Shown one piece after another: positions 34,792-42,615 of a stretch of 42,747 bases of DNA. Source of the stretch: a virus (Duplodnaviria; Caudoviricetes); IMG/VR virus record IMGVR_UViG_3300037483_000151, positions 1 through 42,747 of that record, one strand, 5' to 3'. How positions within the stretch are numbered: the first letter of the stretch is position 1; every line of letters begins with the position of its first letter. The notes under the pieces were generated by a model that saw only the letters and a list, made by a program, of their open reading frames with translations, did not search any database and had not been told where the DNA came from. The translations under genes were made by a program, and so were the position numbers.

Positions 34792-35065
34792 GGTACGGGA
34801 AATTGAGAGACGACAAAAGGATTGAGCCCCTACAAATCGTCTGCTGATCAGTGCCTATTCTTTATTGGAATAGGGTAGCTCCACTGAAAGGAAAGCGCTC
34901 ACGCGCCCCGTATCTCATGTAAGTCCCTTCTGTACCCAACAGAAGGTAGCAGTAATGCGGCATCCTCTCAGAGCGTCTCAGGTGGGTTGTGTGGAGCCTT
35001 GCTGACCTTTGGAAGTCATATACGTCCCGATGGCGTATATGGATTCTCTGAGAGGGTGCCGTTAT
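34790..35065 (+). ncRNA. Two multibranch RNA domains
   Basis: GAGGTACGGG/CCCGTATCTC (34790-34916); CGGCATCCTCTCAGAG/CTCTGAGAGGGTGCCG (34958-35061); several internal hairpins. Confidence 0.5.
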
Positions 35066-35092
35066 CCCCCGGATCGAAAGGCGAATCTGATC

Positions 35093-35362
35093 ATGGCGAT
35101 GAAGAAATGCCCGTACTGCGGACATGAAGAGGATGACGGTAAGGTATTCCGGCTAGCCATCTATACGAAAGATACCCGACTCGCAGTAATCCCAGCGGGT
35201 ACGGCCACATTCGCAGAGATCAAAGCCATCGTAAAAGGCACTCCGGATAGCTATCTCATGGAAGAGGTACTAACCGCAGAGGGACGCATTTCCCACTCAA
35301 GACAAGTGGCAGAGTCACTCATGGTCTATACAACTGACGGAAAACTAAAAGAAAGAATGTAA
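35093..35362 (+). CDS. Hypothetical protein (start MAMKKCPYCG)
   Basis: CGAAAGGCGAATCTGATC-ATG; coupled to the helicase gene. Confidence 0.65.
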   Translation: MAMKKCPYCGHEEDDGKVFRLAIYTKDTRLAVIPAGTATFAEIKAIVKGTPDSYLMEEVLTAEGRISHSRQVAESLMVYTTDGKLKERM

Positions 35363-37149
35363 TGGTACGCGACCTAGAGCAAGTAAGGGCAGAACGTGAC
35401 GCTGCTCTAGCCGCTACCGAGTCCCTTTCTCAGACACGTCTAGCTCTAGTCGCTGAACGTAGGGCTTCCCTAGAGCCTGTGAGTTCACCTGAATCACGTA
35501 AGCGGCTAGAGCGGATATGGGAACTAAGACGCCTAGCTAATGAAGAGTCAGACAAAGCACAGAAGCTAGATGAGGAACTCCGTCGAATCACCCAGGGGGC
35601 TAAGGCTAGAGAGATACTCAATGCAGAGGGGGAAATGCTAGATGTCATCACACGCAATGCGCCGTGGCGACAGTTCGCATTCACTCATCAAATTGAGGGG
35701 GCTAAGCAACTTGCCATTGCAGGTCGTGGCATCCTGGGTGATAAGCGCGGGCTAGGTAAAACGCTTACGTCTATCATCTGGCTAGACATGCTGCGAGTAA
35801 AGAAGACGATCATCTTTACTAGCAAAGAAGCCAGTACGGCATTCCGTAAGCAGATGCCACGATGGGCACCCCATAGACCACTGTTTGATCTGACCTCAAA
35901 GAGTAGTGCCGAACGCAACGCCGTGCTTCAAGTGCTTCACTTTGTAGATGAGTGGACCATCCTTATTAACTTTGAGGCATGGCGTCATGACCCTACCCTG
36001 ATAGAGAAGCTTGTGAGGCTCGCTGCGGAAGCAGTAATCATCGATGAAGCCCATGGCATCAAGGAACCTAAAACAAGCGCTTACAGGGGCGTTCACGCGG
36101 TTGTGTACCCGTCTGACATACCGGCGCTCTGCTCTGTTAAGCACGTGCTACCAATGTCCGGCACTCTGTTTCTCAACTACCCCGATGAACTATGGCCATT
36201 GCTAATGCTCGCAGACAGGAACGAACTGACTTGGTACTCCCTTAAAGAGTTCCGCAGTAACTACCTAGTGCAAGCGAATAATGGCCGTTGGGTTTTCGAT
36301 AAGAAAAGGGACACTAAGACAAAGCTGTTTGACACCCTGGGTATTCGATTCGTTCAACGCAATAGATCTGATACCGGGGTAGAGATTCCTCCTCAGGAAG
36401 TTGTCACTCATGATATTGAATTCACCTCGGAGAGGTATCCCAAGCAATACAAGGCTTATCGTGATCTAGAAGGCAAGTCAGCAATGCTTATGCAGGGCAT
36501 GACTGATGCACAAGTAATGGGTGTTGAGGGTCTAGCCCTCCTTACCCGACTACGCCAGATGATTACGTGGCCTCAAGGCATTGAGATGCGAGATCCGGAA
36601 ACTAGACAAGTTCTATTCAAGTGTGACATCGACGAATCAGTAAAGGCTGATTTCGCAGAGACACTCATTAAGCGAATCGTGAATCAGGAGGGGGATAGAG
36701 TCGTTGTCTTCTCACAGTTCAGAGCCCCACTCAGAGAACTTTCTCTACGTCTTCAACGGGCTGGAATTCAGGCTGTTGTATTGGATGGTAGTACGGGATC
36801 TCAAGTACGCGAAGCAATCAAAAGAGACTTTGACGGAGCAGTCACCGCTAAAGGCAATGAGCGTTGGTCAGTTGTCCTGGCTAATTACAAGGTGGCTGGA
36901 CAGTCATTGGACTTCACAGGTGCTCAACAGATGGTCATTCTTGACAGAGAATGGAATCCGGGCAGACATGACCAAGCTTACGGCCGAATTGACCGTATCG
37001 GACAAACAAGAAACACAACAGTTCACATTCTCAATTGCCCCGAAACAGTAGACGACACCATGACTGAACTAAATGAATCAAAGGGCAACGAGTATGGAGT
37101 CTTTGAAGACGGAATTAGAGCAGCATCCGACTATCTGAAAGGCAAGTAA
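35362..37149 (+). CDS. SNF2-family (SF2) helicase/translocase
   Basis: DKRGLGKT; IIDEAH; MSGT; VVVFSQF; EWNP-x4-QAYGRIDRIGQ. Confidence 0.92.
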   Translation: MVRDLEQVRAERDAALAATESLSQTRLALVAERRASLEPVSSPESRKRLERIWELRRLANEESDKAQKLDEELRRITQGAKAREILNAEGEMLDVITRNAPWRQFAFTHQIEGAKQLAIAGRGILGDKRGLGKTLTSIIWLDMLRVKKTIIFTSKEASTAFRKQMPRWAPHRPLFDLTSKSSAERNAVLQVLHFVDEWTILINFEAWRHDPTLIEKLVRLAAEAVIIDEAHGIKEPKTSAYRGVHAVVYPSDIPALCSVKHVLPMSGTLFLNYPDELWPLLMLADRNELTWYSLKEFRSNYLVQANNGRWVFDKKRDTKTKLFDTLGIRFVQRNRSDTGVEIPPQEVVTHDIEFTSERYPKQYKAYRDLEGKSAMLMQGMTDAQVMGVEGLALLTRLRQMITWPQGIEMRDPETRQVLFKCDIDESVKADFAETLIKRIVNQEGDRVVVFSQFRAPLRELSLRLQRAGIQAVVLDGSTGSQVREAIKRDFDGAVTAKGNERWSVVLANYKVAGQSLDFTGAQQMVILDREWNPGRHDQAYGRIDRIGQTRNTTVHILNCPETVDDTMTELNESKGNEYGVFEDGIRAASDYLKGK

Positions 37150-37361
37150 TGTCTTGGCATGTCGGACCACCCAGGGAGACAGATAGCAGGAGTTCTCTAT
37201 GGGCGGCTAAGTGGTATCGAATTATTGAACAAGAGGTAGCCGATAACAAAGCACGATGGCGCGTAGATAACTATGTCGCGCATGTCGTTGCGCCAGTAGA
37301 GATCGCCGATACGTTTCTTGATGAATGGCTAGTAGGACTATGGCAAACTCACGAGACATAG
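37149..37361 (+). CDS. Hypothetical protein
   Basis: TAATG-coupled; 70 aa. Confidence 0.6.
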   Translation: MSWHVGPPRETDSRSSLWAAKWYRIIEQEVADNKARWRVDNYVAHVVAPVEIADTFLDEWLVGLWQTHET

Positions 37362-37603
37362 ACGTTGCCAATACTTACGACGAAAGAATGAAGCAGCGAC
37401 CGATAGGGGAGACATACGCAGTAGACGAGATTTACATTCAGTATGAAGACGATATGGCGCGTATTGGTCAACAGAAGAAAGACACGCTAGGCGTACTTAA
37501 GTTCTACCGAAAGACAGATCTCATACCTACTAACCGGCGACTCATCCCCACGAACAAAGACCTACGGTTGCTTATCGAGATGCTCGGATTGGATGACCTT
37601 TGA
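37325..37603 (+). CDS. Hypothetical protein
   Basis: 92-aa ORF in the operon; start may be the second ATG. Confidence 0.6.
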   Translation: MASRTMANSRDIDVANTYDERMKQRPIGETYAVDEIYIQYEDDMARIGQQKKDTLGVLKFYRKTDLIPTNRRLIPTNKDLRLLIEMLGLDDL

Positions 37604-37693
37604 GCCATCTCGATAGGGAGCAATTCGAGCAAGAGCTAGATAAAGCCCTAGCAGATATCCGGCTAACACTGCTAGAGCATTGGGAGAAAGAAC

Positions 37694-37963
37694 ATGCCTG
37701 ACGAAAACACCAGCTACCTAGTAGAGAATGGCATCATTGCTAATGACAAGCCGCTTCATGCACTAGAGAATGGAACGCACTTCTGGGTAATCAAGGGAGT
37801 ATGGCATTCAGAAGACCCTGTAAGCGTCATCACCCAGGGTGCCATCGTTCTTAATGAAGAGACCATTGTCCGTATTGATGGCCCCGTGTGCCTCTTTTGT
37901 GGCATGTCATTTGATAGCGACGTTGTCCGGCTACTAGGTCAGTGTCCAGGGGTGACTACCTGA
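37694..37963 (+). CDS. Hypothetical protein with H...CxxC...CPG
   Basis: GGAGAAAG SD; HFW...GPVCLFCG...CPG. Confidence 0.7.
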   Translation: MPDENTSYLVENGIIANDKPLHALENGTHFWVIKGVWHSEDPVSVITQGAIVLNEETIVRIDGPVCLFCGMSFDSDVVRLLGQCPGVTT

Positions 37964-38046
37964 TGCCTTGGTATTGGGAAGCGATCCTAGTAGGGGCATC
38001 TGTCTTTACTGGGTATCTAATTGGACGCTGGGAAAGGCGCGACTAA
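37963..38046 (+). CDS. 27-aa membrane micropeptide MPWYWEAILVGASVFTGYLIGRWERRD
   Basis: TGATG and TAATG coupled; TM followed by basic tail. Confidence 0.55.
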   Translation: MPWYWEAILVGASVFTGYLIGRWERRD

Positions 38047-38126
38047 TGCAATGTCCTTACTGTAATCAACCCGTGCAAGACGGGTCATACGCAATTCATC
38101 TCAAGTACGCACATCCCAACGTATAA
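38046..38126 (+). CDS. Stand-alone C2H2-type zinc-finger microprotein MQCPYCNQPVQDGSYAIHLKYAHPNV
   Basis: GAAAGGCGC upstream; C-x2-C-x11-H-x4-H. Confidence 0.6.
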   Translation: MQCPYCNQPVQDGSYAIHLKYAHPNV

Positions 38127-38136
38127 GGAGTTCGTC

Positions 38137-38307
38137 ATGGTTGACTTCATTGAACGGTATGCAAAGGGGCTCACTGGTGGTATCGGCGCACTAGCCGTCA
38201 CCGGGCTTTCCCTGGGTGAACAGTTCTGCGGAACGGTATGGCCTGCCGTTGCTTCTATCCTCGCAGCCGTGCTAGTCGTGGCCATCCCAAACAAGCCTAA
38301 GGCGTAA
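38137..38307 (+). CDS. Holin-like two-TM protein (56 aa)
   Basis: AAGGAG SD; RYAK-TM1...TM2-IPNKP layout resembles small actinophage holins. Confidence 0.55.
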   Translation: MVDFIERYAKGLTGGIGALAVTGLSLGEQFCGTVWPAVASILAAVLVVAIPNKPKA

Positions 38308-38310
38308 TGT

Positions 38311-38400
38311 ATGTGTGTAGGTATTGCTCCGTCCGCGTGTCCTAACAAGTGTCCACATGGTGTTCCCTGCCATGCCTCTTGTAGTAGCTGTAACTGCTAA
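38311..38400 (+). CDS. Cys-rich microprotein MCVGIAPSACPNKCPHGVPCHASCSSCNC
   Basis: 7 Cys in 29 aa; TAATG-coupled to next ORF; motif shared with 1452-1508. Confidence 0.6.
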   Translation: MCVGIAPSACPNKCPHGVPCHASCSSCNC

Positions 38401-38594
38401 TGGTAGTAGTCAATTGCGATGACTGCACAACGGGCAGATGTCGCCATAGGGTCTGCTGTAAATACAAGTGCCAGACATGTAAGGATCATGGCAATTGGTC
38501 AATGGCAACGGACAACGTAAGTGTGGCACATGTGGAGCAGACATCAGTTCCGGTAATGAATGTGCCGACTGTAAGAAAGCAAGAGAGGTCCTAG
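38400..38594 (+). CDS. Cys-rich small protein
   Basis: CDDC-x4-C-x-H-x2-CC-x3-C-x2-C-x2-H. Confidence 0.55.
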   Translation: MVVVNCDDCTTGRCRHRVCCKYKCQTCKDHGNWSMATDNVSVAHVEQTSVPVMNVPTVRKQERS

Positions 38595-38608
38595 AAAGGG
38601 ACCTCTAA
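38495..38608 (+). CDS. CxxC...CxxC microprotein (MVNGNGQRKCGTCGADISSGNECADCKKAREVLERDL), overlapping the previous ORF
   Basis: TTG start after AAGGA; CGTCGA also occurs in 171-248. Confidence 0.45.
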   Translation: MVNGNGQRKCGTCGADISSGNECADCKKAREVLERDL

Positions 38609-38643
38609 TAACCGCTATCCGGCAATAGTGAAAGGTCACTTCT

Positions 38644-39609
38644 GTGATCAAGCACGGCAAATCTGTAGCAACCAACAAAGACGGAACGATCCAAGCATCG
38701 TTCATCACCGTTGGCCCTGCTCTAGCCGAAAAAGCACTAGAGACTTACCACGAGTCGTACCGTAAGTACCGTCCCACTTATGCAGAGGGTCTTTCACGGG
38801 ACATGCGTAACGGCTTTTGGCTACCTGGATCTGTCCTTCTCTTTACTGATGATGACGACGGTAATCAGGTAATGGCAGATGGACAGCATCGGTATCACGC
38901 TCTTATTGACAGTGGGACTGAACAGGAATTCCTGGTCATGACCGGTCTGCCTAAAGCGGTGTATAACGTCACTGATACGAACAAGGTTCGTAACTATGGC
39001 GACTTGCTTAGGCAGCGAGGTTATGCCGGTAACATTCGTCCCGCGCTTGTGCAGATGATGCATAAGGGAATTCATGGGCCTAGTCTCATCACGACCAAAC
39101 GCTACACAAACAGTGAGCTAGATCTCACGCATGATCTGTATGTGGACAGCATCAGTAGGGCTGTTTCTATGGCAGCGTCTACTAGGCGAAAGTGGCTCAC
39201 TGAAACAGTGTCTGCTTATGCCTGGTGGTCGTTGTCTCAGATTCACAATGAGAATGCGTACACATTTCTCATGAGTGTCTTTGAAGGTGAAAACCTCAGA
39301 GAGGGAATGCCTGAGTTCAACCTACGTGAAAGACTGCGTAGCGAGTACGAAAAGGACTCAGGTATAGATCGTATGGAGATCATGAATCTGATCTATGACG
39401 CATGGAATTATAAGGTAGACGGACTGTATGCCAGTAAGTACCTGCGAACCACAGTTCTCATCAAAGAACCACACAATGCTGGACTCAGGATTCCTAAGAG
39501 ATATCCAGAAGTAACACCCGTAGATCCGAATGACTACGTGGAAAAGGTTAATGACGCAAACGAAAAACTGCTAGACGACGTCATGGGCGTCACAAGGAAA
39601 GGCGAGTAA
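38644..39609 (+). CDS. ParB-like/DGQHR-domain protein
   Basis: V-x-P-x2-A-x2-L...DM-x2-G-x-W...DGQHRY-x-A...D-x3-VR. Confidence 0.7.
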   Translation: MIKHGKSVATNKDGTIQASFITVGPALAEKALETYHESYRKYRPTYAEGLSRDMRNGFWLPGSVLLFTDDDDGNQVMADGQHRYHALIDSGTEQEFLVMTGLPKAVYNVTDTNKVRNYGDLLRQRGYAGNIRPALVQMMHKGIHGPSLITTKRYTNSELDLTHDLYVDSISRAVSMAASTRRKWLTETVSAYAWWSLSQIHNENAYTFLMSVFEGENLREGMPEFNLRERLRSEYEKDSGIDRMEIMNLIYDAWNYKVDGLYASKYLRTTVLIKEPHNAGLRIPKRYPEVTPVDPNDYVEKVNDANEKLLDDVMGVTRKGE

Positions 39610-39986
39610 TGCTAGGTATCCCGCAACGAATCGGGTACTGCCCTATTACCCCGGAATGTAGTAAGAAGCTTCTCTATATTGACGCTCCCCTAGAGGATGT
39701 CAAGCCAGAGAACGTCTACTACATCAATGCACATAAGGAACTTGTTCCTCACGTTTGTACTGTGGTGAACGCATCGGGTATTCCTGAGTACGTTTACATC
39801 GGGGAATTCCTCAACAGTCGTACTAAGAGGACTCGCTACATGGGTCCTTTCAGGACGCGCAAGCAAGCTGAGGTCTTCCCTAAAGATGACAAGCTTGATC
39901 CTAGACGTCGCACAATCGGTAGGGGAACTGAGTGGCAGCTAGTCAAGACACACGTGGCTAAGCCTGTGTGGAAACTAGCGCCGTAA
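39609..39986 (+). CDS. Hypothetical protein
   Basis: GAAAGGCGAGTA-ATG; TAATG-coupled. Confidence 0.65.
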   Translation: MLGIPQRIGYCPITPECSKKLLYIDAPLEDVKPENVYYINAHKELVPHVCTVVNASGIPEYVYIGEFLNSRTKRTRYMGPFRTRKQAEVFPKDDKLDPRRRTIGRGTEWQLVKTHVAKPVWKLAP

Positions 39987-39996
39987 CCCGTAGTCT

Positions 39997-40080
39997 CCCC
40001 CTGTGAGGTCCGCAGAGCCTCACAGGGGGTCTCGCACTGTGTCAGTGGGACTGACTACCCGATTGCGCATCGGAAGTCCC
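39997..40080 (+). other. Intergenic hairpin cluster
   Basis: CCCCCTGTGAGG/CCTCACAGGGGG (39997-40029); GGGACT...CCGAT/ATCGG...AGTCCC; no U-tract. Confidence 0.5.
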
Positions 40081-40104
40081 TAGTTTGATCCTAGGCGGTG
40101 CGGC

Positions 40105-40980
40105 GTGATCATCAGTAACAGTGAGGTAGAGACATTCCAGAAGTGCCAGCGAAAGCATTGGTATTCATATGGCTTGAATCTCACACCCAAAATCAAGACG
40201 CTACCTTTGCGATCCGGCATTCTTGGTCACTCGGTTCTTGAAAAGTATTACATGGCTAAGCGCGCTGAACTAACGCATGACGAATGCGTGCAAGAGGGGA
40301 TGGGAGTACTAGCCGCATATATGTTGCATCCTGATGTTGAGGTATACAGCATTGTTCTACAAAGATTCCTTGAGTATGCGGAGTTCTATAAGCATGAGCC
40401 GTTCCGGGTACTCGATGTAGAAGGCACGTACACAACTCCGCTAAGGAATGGCATTGAGTACGCACTGACTCTAGACCTGCTAGTGGAGTACGTAAGCGGG
40501 GAATGGAAGGGTAAGCAGGTACTCATTGATCACAAGTGGACTTCTGATTTCTGGTCTGCGAATGCGGTTGACATGCTCCCTCAAATTCCTAAGTACTTGC
40601 ATACACTGCGCTCCCTGGGTAGTACGGCCGATTTCGGAATCATTAACCAGGTTCGCTATAGGAAGATGAAAGAAGGGCATCCCCCGGAAAAATTCTTTCG
40701 CCGTTCTCCTGTAATACCTACTCCGAAACGCATTGAGAACATCATGCGTATTCAGGAACAAGTTACACATGTTATCCGGCAACGAAAGCTTTTCCCTGAT
40801 TTGTGGGAGTCAGAAGCAACGCCCACTATTTACCGGCAACAATGTGACAATTGCTTCTTTGCTATCCCTTGTCAGATCGCACTAGACGGAAGAGATCCAA
40901 CACCTACATTCGATGCTCACTTTGAACAAAACACTTACGGCTACGATGAAGATAGGCTAAGGCGAGACGTTGAAGGATAA
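40105..40980 (+). CDS. PD-(D/E)XK Cas4/RecB-like exonuclease
   Basis: S-x-SEVETF-x2-C-x-RK; G-x2-GH-x2-LE; LDLL...IDHKW; Q-x3-Y; CDNC-x5-C. Confidence 0.85.
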   Translation: MIISNSEVETFQKCQRKHWYSYGLNLTPKIKTLPLRSGILGHSVLEKYYMAKRAELTHDECVQEGMGVLAAYMLHPDVEVYSIVLQRFLEYAEFYKHEPFRVLDVEGTYTTPLRNGIEYALTLDLLVEYVSGEWKGKQVLIDHKWTSDFWSANAVDMLPQIPKYLHTLRSLGSTADFGIINQVRYRKMKEGHPPEKFFRRSPVIPTPKRIENIMRIQEQVTHVIRQRKLFPDLWESEATPTIYRQQCDNCFFAIPCQIALDGRDPTPTFDAHFEQNTYGYDEDRLRRDVEG

Positions 40981-41131
40981 GCGAGAAGAATGCGGGTGCC
41001 ATAGAGAATGTAGTGTCATAGATCATGAGTGTGAAGTTCCTTGCCAATGGCCTAAGTGCATGACGCGCGATGAACTCCGAGAATTCAATCATGAAGTAGA
41101 AGAGTGGATGGCTTCCCTCAATGGCGACTAA
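40970..41131 (+). CDS. Cys/His-rich 53-aa protein (MKDKREECGCHRECSVIDHECEVPCQWPKC...)
   Basis: AAGGCGAG motif variant before TTG; fills the gap; 6 Cys. Confidence 0.55.
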   Translation: MKDKREECGCHRECSVIDHECEVPCQWPKCMTRDELREFNHEVEEWMASLNGD

Positions 41132-41348
41132 AAAAGAATGCGACAGATGTCTCAGTCAATGGGAAATCAACCTATATGATGAGACTTGCACAATCGCCGT
41201 CAATCTTCCGCAGTGGAGTAAAGGACCTAGGTCTCTCGGTTGGGATGAAAAGAACCGAGTAGAGAAGGTCTACGAACTGTGCCAAAAATGCGCCCGTACT
41301 ATTGTGGAGCTACTAGAAACTAAGGGCAGCGTTGACAAGTCCTCTTGA
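41121..41348 (+). CDS. Zn-ribbon protein (CDRC...ELCQKC)
   Basis: Two CxxC pairs. Confidence 0.7.
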   Translation: MATKKECDRCLSQWEINLYDETCTIAVNLPQWSKGPRSLGWDEKNRVEKVYELCQKCARTIVELLETKGSVDKSS

Positions 41349-42126
41349 AGAGACGCTAGCCAAGTACGGTAGTCCCGCAAAGGTTCGGGATAGGTCGCCA
41401 TTCTGGAAAGCTCTCTACTACGGTGATTACAAGATTGGAAAGACGGTAGCCGTAGCACACTGCGGAAAGCGTCCACTGCTCTTTGCCGTAGATAATGGCT
41501 GGACGTCTCTTAAGGACTGGCCTGAACTAGGTCACGTTGAGGTCATTGAGTGTCAGGGCCTTAAGCATTACAAGACGTTCGTATCTGCACTAGTCCAGGA
41601 CGTTCCGCTTTATCGAGAGTTCGATCATGTCCTGTTTGATCCATGGTCAAAGCTAGTAGATACGTACATTGACTATCTTCAAGACAACGCAGTCCCAAGC
41701 ACAGCAGACGCAAGAATCCAATGGAGCAGAAAGCCGGGAACTAACGATCCTGATTTCTCACCATTTACTACTGCCGGTGTTGGGGACTACATGGCAGTAC
41801 GGGATTACTTCCGTAAGACTATTTATCCGGTGATGAGGGTTCAAAAGCATGTGTCGCTTATTGCACATCTTAGAGAACCTGGTTTTCTGGATAAGGTAAA
41901 GACTTTCCGGAGTTCGGTACCTGGTAAGACTCATGAGATGATCGCCAGGGAAGTAGACTTCATTGGCCTTATGGAAGCAGAGGGAGACAACAGAACGATT
42001 TCATTTCTAGCTAATTCGAAACAAGACGCAGGATCTAGATTCCGAGAACTACATGGTAAGACAATCAAAGCAGAAGACTTGCCTAAGCTGTATACGCGAT
42101 GGGCACCCAGGGAGAACACGCAATGA
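41332..42126 (+). CDS. AAA_24/Sak4-like P-loop ATPase
   Basis: LYYGDYKIGKT Walker A; VLFD; LIAH; VDFIG; lies between exonuclease and SSB-like genes. Confidence 0.85.
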   Translation: MTSPLEETLAKYGSPAKVRDRSPFWKALYYGDYKIGKTVAVAHCGKRPLLFAVDNGWTSLKDWPELGHVEVIECQGLKHYKTFVSALVQDVPLYREFDHVLFDPWSKLVDTYIDYLQDNAVPSTADARIQWSRKPGTNDPDFSPFTTAGVGDYMAVRDYFRKTIYPVMRVQKHVSLIAHLREPGFLDKVKTFRSSVPGKTHEMIAREVDFIGLMEAEGDNRTISFLANSKQDAGSRFRELHGKTIKAEDLPKLYTRWAPRENTQ

Positions 42127-42590
42127 GTGATGAAGACTTCGACACTTTCGATGATGGCCTTGACGACGTCATGCCTGACGCACTTGTCACGGATACTTAC
42201 CTCTCCAATCTTGAAGCAGTGAAGCGCATCAAGGCAAAGGACGAAAAGCAGTACAACGTCTTTGAATGGGAAGTCATTCAAGAGGGCGGCTATGAGGGGG
42301 AAACCTTCTCTGAGATGTACCGTCATGCCACACTTGATGAATACCAGAAGTCAGACAAAGCGGAGCAGCGAGAAATCAGGGAAGCACGGCGCAAGTTCCA
42401 AGCGCGTCTTATCTCCCTGGGTGTTCCGGGGGATGAGCTGAATAAGGTCAAGCCCTCTAGTTTGGTGGGCATCAAGGCCCATGTCACAGTCAATGTCAAG
42501 CCCCGTACTAAGGGAACGGGAATGTCTATCTGGGTAGACAAGCTTGAAGTTGCTGATCTGTCTAAGGAGACAACAGAACTCCCCTTCTAA
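42123..42590 (+). CDS. Single-stranded DNA-binding-like protein (start MSDEDF)
   Basis: ATGA overlap; acidic; ends ELPF; exonuclease-ATPase-SSB context. Confidence 0.65.
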   Translation: MSDEDFDTFDDGLDDVMPDALVTDTYLSNLEAVKRIKAKDEKQYNVFEWEVIQEGGYEGETFSEMYRHATLDEYQKSDKAEQREIREARRKFQARLISLGVPGDELNKVKPSSLVGIKAHVTVNVKPRTKGTGMSIWVDKLEVADLSKETTELPF

Positions 42591-42615
42591 AGGTTGCCAA
42601 CCTACAGAGGTAGTA

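Noticed and set aside
34844-34889. Hammerhead ribozyme (CTGATCA...GAAA)
   Set aside because: The core needs CUGANGA; here it is CUGAUCA, and stems I/III with a cleavage triplet could not be built
40105-40980. Cas4 as part of a CRISPR system or mini-array
   Set aside because: No repeat-spacer array or other cas genes seen; the exonuclease-ATPase-SSB context indicates a recombination module
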